The position numbers and the translations under genes are program-made. From contig JACQXY010000010.1 in the NCBI GenBank assembly GCA_016208485.1, positions 1,431 through 65,430 on the forward strand: DNA of 64,000 bases, in the 5' to 3' direction. The notes under the pieces were generated by a model. The model did not search any database and had not been told where the DNA came from. It worked only from the letters and a program-made list of their open reading frames with translations. This DNA comes from Acidobacteriota bacterium. Lineage in GTDB: Bacteria > Actinomycetota > AC-67. Below, piece after piece: positions 1 to 9,916 of this stretch; the first letter of the stretch is position 1; each line of letters begins with the position of its first letter.

Positions 1-411
1 GCCGCGCGCGCGAAGCGCCAGCGCGGCGAGTCCGGCCCCCAGGATCGCCCAGAGCGGCAGGAGGACCAGGTGCCGCCCGACGAGGACGCCCCCGAGGCGC
101 CGGTCGCGCAGCGGCTCGAAGACCCGCCCGTAGGAGAAGAACAGCGTCACCGCGATCGAGACGACGAGCGCCGCGCGCCGAAGGTCGCGCAGGATCGACC
201 AGGCCGCGAGGAGCAGCACGGCGGCGGCGACGACCGAGGCCGCGAGCGGCACGCGCACCTGCTCGAAGGTCACCTCGCCGAGGTTGGCGGCGAAGAGCGA
301 GAGCACCGGGAATGCGGCGAGGAGCAAGGGGTGGACGGCCCCCCAGGGGCGCGCGCCGAGCCTCCCGGCTGCGCGTCCGGGCTCCGGCGGTGTTTCCCTT
401 GGATCGGTCAT
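1..411 (-). CDS. Membrane protein, N-terminal part only (gene runs off the left edge of the window). Translation MTDPRETPPE...LLLAAFPVLSLFAANLGEVTFEQVRVPLAASVVAAAVLLLAAWSIL is multi-TM.
   Basis: Minus-strand ATG at 411-409 overlaps the stop of the upstream methyltransferase gene (ATGA). Hydrophobic helices and protein-like composition. It is missing from the ORF track because no stop falls inside the window. Confidence 0.45.
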   Translation of the reverse strand, partial: MTDPRETPPEPGRAAGRLGARPWGAVHPLLLAAFPVLSLFAANLGEVTFEQVRVPLAASVVAAAVLLLAAWSILRDLRRAALVVSIAVTLFFSYGRVFEPLRDRRLGGVLVGRHLVLLPLWAILGAGLAALALRARG

Positions 412-1772
412 CTCATGAGGTAGAGGATACGCTCGGATCCCGCGATCGGCTCCGTCCGCTCGATCCGGAACACCTCGGAGAACGCGGCCTCGAAGCCGTC
501 GCGCGCGTACCGGGGGAAGACGTCCTCGCGCGTCGCGAGCATCCGGCGCACCTGCGGGTCTCCCTTCGGCACGCACTCGATCACGAGACTGCGAGCGAGC
601 GCGCGCAGGTGCCGGGCGATGCGCACGAGCGGCACGTTGTTCCCGATCGCCAGATGGTGCACCAGCGCGAGCGCGAGCGCGAGATCGGCCGGACCGCGGT
701 CGGCGAGCGACGCGCGCTCGCCGTTCTCCCACCCGATCCGAGGGCTCGGGTTGGCGAGATCCTGCACGAGGGGGAGGAGGTTCCGCTCGCCCTTCTCGCG
801 CACGGCGCGCCACGAGGCCTCGACGCAACCGGGGTCCATCTCCAGGGACACGGTTCGCACGCCGCGCTGCGAGCCGAGGCGGCTGTAGAGGCCTGTGTTG
901 GCGCCGAGGTCCCACATGGTCCGCGGGGCGACCTCCTCGATCATCGTCGAGACGAGCGCTTTCTTGTGCTCGAGCGCCTCGGGTGTGTAGCTCTCCTCAT
1001 CCGAGTAGTAGGACGTCCACACGGTCCGATCGGGCTCCCAGGTGAGCTTGGTCGTCGCGCGCGCGAGCCCGGCGACGATCGCGCGGAGGGCGTTCGCGGA
1101 CACCCCGCGCCGCTGCCGGTCCCCCAGCTCCCGGTCCTGGTACCTCCGCTGGCTCTTCGCGTGCGCGTGGATGTGAAGCAGCAGGGAGGTGCGCTTCGTC
1201 TTGCGCGGCAGAAGCGCGGCGGCGAGGTCGACCGGCACGCCGTCGATGTGGACTCGCAAGAGCTGCCCGAGCCGGACGTCCCGGTATGCCATGAGCGCGA
1301 GCGGCGCGAGGAAGTGCTGGCAGTACTGGCGGTAGGCGACCCACGGCCGCCCTTCCGGGAGGCGCTCGAACGAGAGCGTGTCGATTGACAGCGGGCGACC
1401 GTCCACGAACTGGATGTTGTAGGCGGAGGCGTCGCGCATCGACATGCCGTGCTCCATGGCGCGCTGCTGGATGCGCAGGGTTGCGAGCGCCGCGTCCTTG
1501 AGCTGCGAGAAGCACCACTCGTACGGGTAGGAGACGAAGGGGATCTCCCGCGGCCGGAGGATCTTGTAGGCGCCCGGCGCGGCCGGCGGCTCGGCGCTCT
1601 CCTCGTGCGGGACGAGCAGGCCGTCGGAGACGAGCGACTCGTAGAGCCCCGAGGCCATGAAGAGATCGTAGTGCTCGCGGAAGGACTCGTTCACCTGGCG
1701 GTGGAGGACGCCGTCCCGCCGGAAGACGAACCCGCTCGGGTCTCGGAAAGACCCCCCGACGACCTCGGTCAC
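408..1772 (-). CDS. Class I SAM-dependent methyltransferase with a large N-terminal domain of unknown function
   Basis: 454-aa ORF. Glycine-rich motif I (MWDLGANTGLYSRL) sits in the C-terminal third with a downstream acidic residue, the typical Rossmann MTase layout. Translationally coupled to the flanking membrane-protein genes. Confidence 0.6.
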   Translation of the reverse strand: MTEVVGGSFRDPSGFVFRRDGVLHRQVNESFREHYDLFMASGLYESLVSDGLLVPHEESAEPPAAPGAYKILRPREIPFVSYPYEWCFSQLKDAALATLRIQQRAMEHGMSMRDASAYNIQFVDGRPLSIDTLSFERLPEGRPWVAYRQYCQHFLAPLALMAYRDVRLGQLLRVHIDGVPVDLAAALLPRKTKRTSLLLHIHAHAKSQRRYQDRELGDRQRRGVSANALRAIVAGLARATTKLTWEPDRTVWTSYYSDEESYTPEALEHKKALVSTMIEEVAPRTMWDLGANTGLYSRLGSQRGVRTVSLEMDPGCVEASWRAVREKGERNLLPLVQDLANPSPRIGWENGERASLADRGPADLALALALVHHLAIGNNVPLVRIARHLRALARSLVIECVPKGDPQVRRMLATREDVFPRYARDGFEAAFSEVFRIERTEPIAGSERILYLMR

Positions 1773-1776
1773 CGCG

Positions 1777-2034
1777 CTACGCCGAGGGAGGCGCGCCTTC
1801 CGGGGCCCGCTCCTCGGACTTCCTGCGGCCGCCCCGAAGGAAGGCGAAGATGCGCCGCCAGAAGGCGCCGACCGTGAGCAGCAACCCGCCGATCAGGCCC
1901 GCCACCACCTGGATCATGTAGCTCCCGGTGCCCGGATCCACGTAGGCGTGGGCCGGTCTGACCGTGGCGATGGTCCAGCCGAGGGTCAGGGCAAGAACGA
2001 GGGTCGCGGTCGAGCATCGGATGAGCTGTCTCAT
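1777..2034 (-). CDS. Small membrane protein (85 aa, 2 predicted TM helices)
   Basis: Hydrophobic segments LVLALTLGWTIATV and IQVVAGLIGGLLLTVGAFW. Sits 5 nt upstream of the methyltransferase on the same strand. Confidence 0.4.
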   Translation of the reverse strand: MRQLIRCSTATLVLALTLGWTIATVRPAHAYVDPGTGSYMIQVVAGLIGGLLLTVGAFWRRIFAFLRGGRRKSEERAPEGAPPSA

Positions 2035-2276
2035 ATCTGCCGCATCGTAGCACCCGAACGGCTGAGGGGGAGAGCGCGCGGACCGGGCGCCCCGCGCCGG
2101 CCGGCGCGCACCCCAGCCTCTCGCGAAACCGACGCGTTTGGTCGGGAAGCGGGTTCCGATCGAGTATGTGGGGGTCCGGACGGACCGCCGCGCGCGCTGT
2201 CGGCACCGTGTCCGTCGAAGAGGCCCTGGGGCCGATGCCGCGCAGCGGCACCCCCCGGGCCGAGAGGGGGTCCGAC

Positions 2277-3209
2277 ATGAAGATCACCGTCATCGGGGCC
2301 GGGAAGTACGGCTCGACGACCGTTCAGCGTCTCGCCGAGATGGGGATCGCGAGCGAGGTCGTCATGACCGACATCATCGAGGGTCTGCCGCAAGGGCTCG
2401 CGCTCGACATGATGCAGAGCCGCTCGATCGAGGGGTTCGAGACCCGGATCGTCGGCACCAACACATACGAGGACACCGCCGGCACCGACGTCTGCATCGT
2501 GACGGCCGGCCTGCCTCGCAAGCCAGGCATGAGCCGGATGGACCTGCTCGACGTCAACTCCAAGATCATCCGCGATGTGGCCGAGCGCTTCTGCCCCGGC
2601 TCTCCCGGCGCGGTCGTGATCGTGGTCACCAACCCGCTCGACGAGATGACGCACCTCTTCCGCGAGGTGTCGGGCTTTCGGCACGACAGGGTGATCGGCC
2701 AGGCGGGCATGCTCGACACCGCGCGCTTCAAGCACTTCGTCGGCGAGGAGCTGGGCGTGTCCCCGATCGAGGTCGAGGCGATGACCCTCGGCTCTCACGG
2801 CGACACCATGGTTCCTGTGCCCTCGCTCGTGCGCGTGTCCGGCAAGCCGCTCACCGAGCTCGCCGACGCCGAGACCATCGAGCGGGTCACCAAGCGAACC
2901 CGCGACGGAGGCGCCGAGATCGTCGGACTCCTCAAGACCGGGAGCGCCTACTACGCGCCGTCATCGGCGGCGGCGGCCATGGCGCGCGCCGTCCTCACGG
3001 ACTCCAAGGAGATGATGCCGGTCTGCGCCTGGCTCACCGGCCAGTACGGCATCGACGGGGTATACCTCGGGGTCCCGGCGAGGCTCGGGCGCGTCGGGGT
3101 GGCCGAGGTCGTGGAGCTGCCCCTCGCCGAGTCCGAGCTGGTAGCGCTCCGCGCGGCGGCCGAGGCCGTCCGCTCGAAGTGCGCCGACCTCGGCAAGCTC
3201 GGCGGGTAG
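2277..3209 (+). CDS. mdh: Malate dehydrogenase (LDH-like MDH family)
   Basis: MKITVIGAGKYGST NAD-binding Rossmann motif, IVTAGLPRKPGMSR(M)DLL substrate loop, and catalytic-His region LGSHGDTMVP. Start refined to the internal ATG at 2277 inside the longer 2166 ORF. Confidence 0.9.
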   Translation: MKITVIGAGKYGSTTVQRLAEMGIASEVVMTDIIEGLPQGLALDMMQSRSIEGFETRIVGTNTYEDTAGTDVCIVTAGLPRKPGMSRMDLLDVNSKIIRDVAERFCPGSPGAVVIVVTNPLDEMTHLFREVSGFRHDRVIGQAGMLDTARFKHFVGEELGVSPIEVEAMTLGSHGDTMVPVPSLVRVSGKPLTELADAETIERVTKRTRDGGAEIVGLLKTGSAYYAPSSAAAAMARAVLTDSKEMMPVCAWLTGQYGIDGVYLGVPARLGRVGVAEVVELPLAESELVALRAAAEAVRSKCADLGKLGG

Positions 3210-3317
3210 CGCGCGGTTCGAGGCCCGACCCGGCAGCCGGGCGTTTCTCGCCATTCCCCGCGGGCGCTTGCGCGGCGCGGTTCACTTCCGCCTGGTCCGA
3301 GCCGATATCAGGGGGGT

Positions 3318-5735
3318 ATGGGGGATGTGCGGCGCGCGCGCGGCCGCTCGGAGATGGTGGTTCCGGGCGTCCTCCTCGGCGTGCTCCTGTCGCTGGGGAT
3401 CGCACCGGCCGCGGTGACGACGACGGCTCCGCAGGACCAAAGGAGCGCGACGCCGGCCGGGGAGGCGCGACCCTTCATTCCGGGCGAAGTGGTCGTTCGC
3501 TACCGAGCCGGGATCCCTACCGCGGCGCGCGGCGCCGCGCGCCTGGCCGCACGATCGCGCCTCGCCAAGGCTTTCCCGTCCGCCGGCCTGGAGCTGGTGC
3601 GGTTCTCCGCGGAATCGAGCGTCGCGGCCGCAGTGGCGGCCCTCGAGCGCCGCCCGGAGGTGCTCTACGCGGAGCCGAACTACCGCTACCGGGCTACGGC
3701 CGATGTGCCCGACGACCCCCTGTTCGGGGACCTGTGGGGGCTGAGCAACACGGGCCAGGCTGTCGTGGGCGTGGCCGGGACACCCGGTGCCGACGTCGAC
3801 GCGCCGGGGGCGTGGGCGCTCACGACCGGGAGCCCGGATGTCGTGGTCGCCGTCGTGGATACCGGCGTGGACGTCGACCATCCCGATCTCGCATCGAACA
3901 TCTGGACCAACCCAGGGGAGATGGGGGACGGCAAGGAGTCCAACGGCCGCGACGACGACGGAAACGGCTACGCCGACGACTGGCGCGGCTGGGACTGGGT
4001 TTCCGGCGACAACGAGCCGCGCGACCTCCACGGCCACGGCACCCACGTCGCCGGGACGATCGCGGCGCGCGGCAACGACTCGAGCGGCGTCGCCGGGGTT
4101 ACGTGGTCGTCGAAGATCATGCCCCTCCGGGTGCTCGACGAGAGCGGCTCGGGGGCGAACGCCGACATCGCCGCGGCGTTCGCGTATGCGGGTGCCATGG
4201 GCGCGCGGGTCGTGAACGCGAGCTTCGCCGGGCCGGATCTTTCGCAGGCGATGGCAGACGCGATCGCCGGGGCGCCGGCATCGTTGTTCGTGGTCGCCGC
4301 CGGCAACGAAGGCGCGAACAACGACTCGCCCTCGACTCCGAGCTATCCCTGCGACCACGTGGCACCGAACCTCGTTTGCGTCGCGGCGACCGACCAGCGC
4401 GACAGGCTCGCCGGGTTCTCGAACTACGGGACTCGCTCGGTGGACCTCGCCGCGCCCGGGGTGATGATCCTGAGCGCTCAGCCGCCGATCGTCACGGCCT
4501 ACACGGAGAGCTTCGACGCCGACATCGCCGGAAGGTGGGTCACCGGAGGGACGAACGACACGTGGGATCGCACGACCGAGGCCGGCGGCGGGATGCTCAC
4601 CGACAGCCCGGGCGGGGAGTATCTGGACGGAACCGATTCCTGGGCCGCGCCGGCCGCAGACCTGGACCTGAGCGGGCTGATCGGCTGCCGCCTGCGGTAC
4701 GCGCTCTCGCTTGACCTCGACGGGGGCGCCGACAGGCTGCTCGTCGAGGCGTCCTCGGGCGGCGCCGAGTGGTCGGAGATCACGTCGCGGACGGGGGCGG
4801 GGACCCAGACGGTGAGCGACGACCTCTCCGCGTTCGACGGGCGGCCGGACGTCCGGTTCCGGTTCCGGCTCGTGTCGGACGGCTCGGGGACGGCCGACGG
4901 CGCTCACCTGGACGACGTCGAGGTGCGCTGCCTGAGCACCTCGTACGCGGGCGATGAGTACGCCTACTACAGCGGGACCTCCATGACCGCTCCGCACGTC
5001 GCCGGCGTGGCGGCTCTCGTTTGGGCGCGCTTCGGGGCCGCGAGCGTCGCCGAGGTGCGCAACCGGCTCCTCTGCGGCGCCGAACCGCTCGACGGGCTGG
5101 CCGGCAAGACGGTCACCGGCGCGCGCCTGAGCGCGCTTCGCGCGCTCGAGGATCCGACCTGCCTCACGCTCGCGGCGCCCGCGACCGTCGTCTACGGACG
5201 CGCCGCGACCCTGAGCGGGAAGCTCTCCACCGCCGATGCGGTCGGGCTCGCCGGCAGGGTGCTCACGATCCGGCAGCGACCCTACGGCGCGGCGGCCTTC
5301 TCGAGCCTCGGCACGGTTGTGACGGGCTCCGGCGGCACCTGGTCGGTCGCGGTGAAGCCCGCCAAGCGGACCGTGTACCGGGTGACGTTCGCCGGCGCGT
5401 CTTCCGTGCTCTCGGGCGCGAGCCCGGCGCGGACCGTGCAGGTGCGTACGACCGTGAGTCTCTCCGTGGCCGATACGACGCTCCGGCTCGGCCGGAGCGT
5501 GTCGTTCTCCGGGAGGGTCGGCCCCGCGCACGCGGGGAAGTACGTGCGGCTCGAGCGTTGGACCGGATCGTCGTGGGCGCAGGTGAAGAGCGCGAAGACC
5601 GGGTCGTCCGGCGGATTCTCGGGGACCTGGAAGCCTCCGGCGCGCGGGACCTACCGGCTCCGAATCCGGTTCCCCGCGCCCGACGCCGACCACGGGCAGG
5701 GGGTGAGCGGCAGGCGCGACGTCCGCGTTTCCTAA
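3318..5735 (+). CDS. Secreted subtilisin-like serine protease (peptidase S8) with N-terminal propeptide, an inserted beta-rich domain and a long C-terminal Ig-like region
   Basis: Catalytic triad contexts VVAVVDTGVDVDHPDL (Asp), [13 protein letters not shown] (His) and GTSMTAPHVAGVAALV (Ser). Signal peptide MVVPGVLLGVLLSLGIAPAA (alternative start at 3354). Confidence 0.85.
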   Translation: MGDVRRARGRSEMVVPGVLLGVLLSLGIAPAAVTTTAPQDQRSATPAGEARPFIPGEVVVRYRAGIPTAARGAARLAARSRLAKAFPSAGLELVRFSAESSVAAAVAALERRPEVLYAEPNYRYRATADVPDDPLFGDLWGLSNTGQAVVGVAGTPGADVDAPGAWALTTGSPDVVVAVVDTGVDVDHPDLASNIWTNPGEMGDGKESNGRDDDGNGYADDWRGWDWVSGDNEPRDLHGHGTHVAGTIAARGNDSSGVAGVTWSSKIMPLRVLDESGSGANADIAAAFAYAGAMGARVVNASFAGPDLSQAMADAIAGAPASLFVVAAGNEGANNDSPSTPSYPCDHVAPNLVCVAATDQRDRLAGFSNYGTRSVDLAAPGVMILSAQPPIVTAYTESFDADIAGRWVTGGTNDTWDRTTEAGGGMLTDSPGGEYLDGTDSWAAPAADLDLSGLIGCRLRYALSLDLDGGADRLLVEASSGGAEWSEITSRTGAGTQTVSDDLSAFDGRPDVRFRFRLVSDGSGTADGAHLDDVEVRCLSTSYAGDEYAYYSGTSMTAPHVAGVAALVWARFGAASVAEVRNRLLCGAEPLDGLAGKTVTGARLSALRALEDPTCLTLAAPATVVYGRAATLSGKLSTADAVGLAGRVLTIRQRPYGAAAFSSLGTVVTGSGGTWSVAVKPAKRTVYRVTFAGASSVLSGASPARTVQVRTTVSLSVADTTLRLGRSVSFSGRVGPAHAGKYVRLERWTGSSWAQVKSAKTGSSGGFSGTWKPPARGTYRLRIRFPAPDADHGQGVSGRRDVRVS

Positions 5736-5832
5736 CGGGCGCGTTGACCGCGGGCTCCCCGGCGGGGACAATTCATGTCACCGGGTTCGAGGGGGATCCG
5801 GGTGCCCGTCGAACCGGAAGGGGGAGCCACTC

Positions 5833-8205
5833 GTGATTCGTGCCCGCTCTCGTGCCGCCGCAGTCCTCGCCGGTCTGCTCGTCGGCGGCATCGCGCTCGG
5901 CCCGGTCGGCCCGTCCGCCGCGGCGACCGGATCGCGAGCCTCCCGGGTCCCCGGCGCGCGCTACGTCCCCGGAGAACTGCTCGTTCGCTACCGCCCCGCC
6001 GTGGCGGCGTCGCGGCGGGCTGAGGTGCGGGCGAGCCTCGGAACGCGCCTCGATCGCAGGGTTGCGCGCGCGGAACTCGTCCGGCTTGAAGCCGGGCGGA
6101 GCGTCGAGCAGGCGGTCGCCGCGTACCGGGACCGACCCGAGGTTCTCTGGGCCGAGCCGAACTACATCTGGCGGGCCGCGGCGACCCCCGACGACCCGAG
6201 CTTCCCGCAACTCTGGGGCCTCAGCAACACGGGTCAGACGGTCGACGGGACGGCCGGGACGCCCGACGCCGATATCGATGCGCCGCTTGCCTGGGACGTG
6301 ACGACCGGAAGCGACACGCTGGTGGTGGCAGTTGCCGATACGGGTGTCGCCTACGACCACCCGGATCTCTCCGGCCGCATCTGGGCGAATCCGGGGGAGA
6401 CCGGAGGGGGCATGGAGACGAACGGCCTCGACGACGACGCCGACGGGAAGGTCGACGACTCGCGCGGGTGGGATTTCGTCGCCGGAGACAACGACCCGCG
6501 GGACCCGAACGGGCACGGCACGCATGTCGCCGGGACGATCGGCGCGCAGGGCAACAACTCCTCCGGGGCGGTCGGGGTGAACTGGAACGTGCGAATCATG
6601 CCGGTGCGGGTGCTCGATGCGACGGGTTCGGGGACGAGCGCGAGCATCGCGGACGGATTCGCCTACGCCGCCGCGCGAGGGGCGAAGGTCGTCAACGCGA
6701 GCCTGGGCGGCGCGGTCTTCTCCCAGGCGGTGCTGGACGCGATCAACGCGGCTCCGGAGACACTCTTCGTAGTGGCGGCCGGCAACGATGGCACAGACAA
6801 CGAGGCGACGCCGGGCTACCCGTGCGACTACGAGTCCTCCAACATCGTGTGCGTCGCGGCCACCGACCAGAACGACGGGCTGGCCGGCTTCTCCAACTGG
6901 GGGGCGACCTCGGTCGACATCGGCGCGCCGGGGGTCGGCATCTACAGCACCCAACCTTCCTGGACGTCCGTTTTCAGCGACGATTTTTCGGCGCCGCTCG
7001 CCGGGCGCTGGAGCACGGGGGGAACGCCGAACACCTGGGAGCGGGTGGCGCTGACGGCCGACGACTTCGCGCTCACCGACAGCCCCGCGGGCGACTACTG
7101 GGACGACACCGACACCTGGGCCCAGACGGTGTCCCCGATCGGCCTCGCCGCCCAGACGGGTTGCCGGCTCGACTTCATCGTCCTCGCCGCGACCGAGCAG
7201 GACGCCGACTTCCTGAAGGTGGAGACATCCCCGGACGGCAGCGCCTGGAGCCTCCTCGACGAGTTCTCGGGGGATGTCCTGGCCGCTGTGACCGAGGATC
7301 TCTCGGTGCTGGAGGGGACCGACTTCTTTCTTCGGTTCCACCTGACGAGCAACGGCAGTGTCGTCGGGGACGGAGCGTATGTCGACGATCTGACGGTGAA
7401 GTGCTTGAGCGCCACGTATGCCGGGAGCGAGTTCGCCTACGATGACGGCACGTCCATGGCGACTCCCCACGTCGCCGGGGCGGCCGCGCTCGTGCTGGCC
7501 CAGACCCCGACGCTGACGGTGGCCGAGGTCAAGGCCCGCCTGCTCGACTCGGGCGAGGCGCTCGCCTCGCTCGCCGGCAAGACCGTGACCGGAAGGCGGC
7601 TGAACCTGTGCCGCGCGGTCGGGACCACTCCGTCGGTCACGCTCTCGGCTTCCCCCTCCACGATCACGGGGGGTTCCTGGACCACGCTCGGCGGGATCGT
7701 CAGCGCCGGGGGGTCCCCGCTCGCTGCCGTCTCGGTGCAGATCCGGCGCCGTCCCTACGGTCAAGTGGGCTTCTCCGTCCTTCGCACCGTTTCCACCGGA
7801 GCGGATGGGAGGTTCTCTACGACCAACGCGCCGACGAAACGGACCGAGTACCGGGCGTACGTCGTGGGAGGGTCGGGCGTTTGCGACGGGCTCAGCTCGG
7901 CGCGGGCCGTCCGGGTGAGGCCGCTCGTCAGCCTCGCGTTCGCCGACTCCACGATCAGGCTGGGGCAGACGGCGACCTTCCGCGGGGCGGTGAGCCCGAA
8001 GCATGCCGGCAAGACGGTCAAGCTCGATCGGAAGTCGGGGACCTCTTGGATCTACGTGAGGACCATCACGATCGCCTCGACCGGAGGGTTCTCCGGGACC
8101 TACCGGTCCAGGTCGCGCGGCACCTTCACCTTCCGGGTGCGCTTCGCGGGCGACGCCGACCACCTCGCGGCCGTGAGTCCGAGCCGGACCTTGAGAGTGT
8201 CGTAG
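5833..8205 (+). CDS. Secreted subtilisin-like serine protease (peptidase S8), tandem paralog of the preceding gene
   Basis: Same D-H-S contexts ([43 protein letters not shown]). Same domain order as 3318-5735 and a signal peptide. Confidence 0.85.
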   Translation: MIRARSRAAAVLAGLLVGGIALGPVGPSAAATGSRASRVPGARYVPGELLVRYRPAVAASRRAEVRASLGTRLDRRVARAELVRLEAGRSVEQAVAAYRDRPEVLWAEPNYIWRAAATPDDPSFPQLWGLSNTGQTVDGTAGTPDADIDAPLAWDVTTGSDTLVVAVADTGVAYDHPDLSGRIWANPGETGGGMETNGLDDDADGKVDDSRGWDFVAGDNDPRDPNGHGTHVAGTIGAQGNNSSGAVGVNWNVRIMPVRVLDATGSGTSASIADGFAYAAARGAKVVNASLGGAVFSQAVLDAINAAPETLFVVAAGNDGTDNEATPGYPCDYESSNIVCVAATDQNDGLAGFSNWGATSVDIGAPGVGIYSTQPSWTSVFSDDFSAPLAGRWSTGGTPNTWERVALTADDFALTDSPAGDYWDDTDTWAQTVSPIGLAAQTGCRLDFIVLAATEQDADFLKVETSPDGSAWSLLDEFSGDVLAAVTEDLSVLEGTDFFLRFHLTSNGSVVGDGAYVDDLTVKCLSATYAGSEFAYDDGTSMATPHVAGAAALVLAQTPTLTVAEVKARLLDSGEALASLAGKTVTGRRLNLCRAVGTTPSVTLSASPSTITGGSWTTLGGIVSAGGSPLAAVSVQIRRRPYGQVGFSVLRTVSTGADGRFSTTNAPTKRTEYRAYVVGGSGVCDGLSSARAVRVRPLVSLAFADSTIRLGQTATFRGAVSPKHAGKTVKLDRKSGTSWIYVRTITIASTGGFSGTYRSRSRGTFTFRVRFAGDADHLAAVSPSRTLRVS

Positions 8206-8242
8206 GCGCACCCGGCGGCGTGCCCGGCCCGCTCCTGGTATC

Positions 8243-9160
8243 GTGCCGGCCGTGGCGCGCGTCCTCTCGGGCATCCAGCCCTCCGGCGAGGTTCACCTCG
8301 GCAACTACATCGGCGCTCTGCGCCACTGGGTCGCCGACCAGGACCGGAACGACTGTTTCTACGTGGTCGTCGACCTTCACGCGATCACCGTCCCCCAGGA
8401 GCCCGAGGCGCTTCGGGCCGCGACCCTCGACCTCGCGGCGATCCTGCTCGCAGTCGGGATCGACCCCGAGCGCTCGACGCTTTTCGTCCAGTCCCACGTC
8501 CACGAGCACGCGGAACTCGCCTGGGTGCTCGGCTGTTTCGCGATGTTCGGTGAGCTGCGGCGCATGACCCAGTTCAAGGACAAGGCCCACCGCCAGCGGG
8601 AAGCGTCGGTCTCGGTCGGACTGTTCTCCTACCCGGTGCTGCAGGCAGCCGACATCCTGATCTACCAGGCCGACCGAGTGCCGGTGGGGGAGGATCAGCG
8701 CCAGCACCTCGAGCTGACGCGCGACGTCGCGCAACGCTTCAACGGCCGCTTCGGCGAGACCTTCGTTGTGCCGGAGGCGGCGATCCCCCCGGTCGGCGCG
8801 CGGATCATGGACCTTCAGAACCCGACCGCGAAGATGTCGAAGTCGGCCGACTCGCCCCAGGGCACGATCCGGGTGACCGATCCGCCCGACGTGCTCGCCC
8901 GCAAGATCAAGACCGCCGTGACCGAGATCCCCGACCTCGAGGAGGCGTACGCCGGCAAGGGGTACGCGGACCTGAAGCGCGATCTCGCCGAGGCGCTGGT
9001 TGAGTTCCTGCGCCCGCTGCAGGAGCGCTACCGGGATCTCGCGACCGACCCCGGCGAGATCGCGCGCCTGCTCGAGGTCGGGGCGGCCAAGGCGCAGGCC
9101 GTGGCGTCGAAGACGCTCGCCGCGGTCTACGAGCGGGTCGGTTTCCTGCCGCGCGGCTGA
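8243..9160 (+). CDS. trpS: Tryptophanyl-tRNA synthetase
   Basis: Class I aaRS HIGH-like motif ([13 protein letters not shown]) and a KMSKS motif. Length 305 aa is typical. Confidence 0.9.
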   Translation: MPAVARVLSGIQPSGEVHLGNYIGALRHWVADQDRNDCFYVVVDLHAITVPQEPEALRAATLDLAAILLAVGIDPERSTLFVQSHVHEHAELAWVLGCFAMFGELRRMTQFKDKAHRQREASVSVGLFSYPVLQAADILIYQADRVPVGEDQRQHLELTRDVAQRFNGRFGETFVVPEAAIPPVGARIMDLQNPTAKMSKSADSPQGTIRVTDPPDVLARKIKTAVTEIPDLEEAYAGKGYADLKRDLAEALVEFLRPLQERYRDLATDPGEIARLLEVGAAKAQAVASKTLAAVYERVGFLPRG

Positions 9161-9165
9161 GTCCT

Positions 9166-9573
9166 CTATGAAGGACGGGCCGGAGACCTGACGGTGACCC
9201 CAGGGAGATCCTGGAATCCTCGGGGATCGGCCGTGACGACGGTCCGCTCCCGGCCGAGCGCGGTCGCCGCGATGAGGAGGTCGTGCGCCCCGCGCGGCCG
9301 GCCCGACCGGCGCACGTGGGCCAGCAGCCGGGCGTGAACGCGGGCCAGGTGGAGGTCGTACTCCTCGACCGGGACGGTGGACAGGATCGCCTCGACGAAG
9401 CTCCGGCGCCGGCCCCGGTGTCGCGCATCGGCCAGCTCGACTCCGACCAGGAGTTCGGCCGCCGTGATCGCCGCGATCGCTACGTCGTCCTCGTCGCCGA
9501 TCACGGCATCGAGCGAACCACCGTGGCGCTCCGCCGAGACCAGCACGGTGGTGTCGAGGATCAGGCGTTCCAA
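9166..9573 (-). CDS. vapC: PIN-domain toxin VapC
   Basis: ILDTTVLVSAER...DLLIAATAL acidic PIN residues. Probable TTG start overlaps the 3' end of the upstream antitoxin gene. Confidence 0.75.
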   Translation of the reverse strand: MERLILDTTVLVSAERHGGSLDAVIGDEDDVAIAAITAAELLVGVELADARHRGRRRSFVEAILSTVPVEEYDLHLARVHARLLAHVRRSGRPRGAHDLLIAATALGRERTVVTADPRGFQDLPGVTVRSPARPS

Positions 9574-9812
9574 GCGCGCTCCTCGGCGGCGAGGCCTTCC
9601 CGAAGCTGGCGGAGTTCGTCGCCCCACTTCCGGTCGCCGCGATGGGACCGGAGGAGATCCTTCACCGCCCTGCCCCGGGCCGCAACCGCCGGGCCGATGC
9701 GGGCGACGATCTTTCCTCGCCGGACGACCTCGAACGTCTCGTGCCGGTTCTCGACCGCGTCGAGAACTTCCGAGAAGCGGCGCGCGGCCTCCGTCGCGCT
9801 CACTTTCTCCAT
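9561..9812 (-). CDS. Phd/YefM-family antitoxin
   Basis: 83-aa protein MEKVSATEAARRFSEVLDAVENRHETFEVVRRGKIVARI, a typical Phd/YefM N-terminus. Lies directly upstream of and overlapping vapC. Confidence 0.75.
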   Translation of the reverse strand: MEKVSATEAARRFSEVLDAVENRHETFEVVRRGKIVARIGPAVAARGRAVKDLLRSHRGDRKWGDELRQLREGLAAEERAWNA

Positions 9813-9833
9813 ATCATCAGATTATCAGATTTG
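9811..9833. promoter_or_regulatory. Direct repeat TCAGATT-A-TCAGATT in the divergent promoter region between the phd-type antitoxin gene and the histidine kinase gene; candidate antitoxin operator
   Basis: Sequence atatcatcagattatcagatttgtg lies immediately upstream of the antitoxin start (9812, minus strand). It is the only AT-rich stretch nearby. Confidence 0.3.
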
Positions 9834-9916
9834 TGCGGCCCGCGCGGCCGAGGTGACCGCCATGCCGGCCCGAAGGGGTCATTGCCCGGCGGACCCGCCC
9901 GTGCTTCCATGGTGGC

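Noticed and set aside
2138-8274. Very long ORFs antisense or out of frame to the S8 protease genes (2138-4714 plus strand, 3282-5771 minus strand, 5773-8274 minus strand)
   Set aside because: Arg/Gly/Pro/Ala-dominated low-complexity translations typical of non-coding frames in 70% GC DNA. They overlap well-supported genes.
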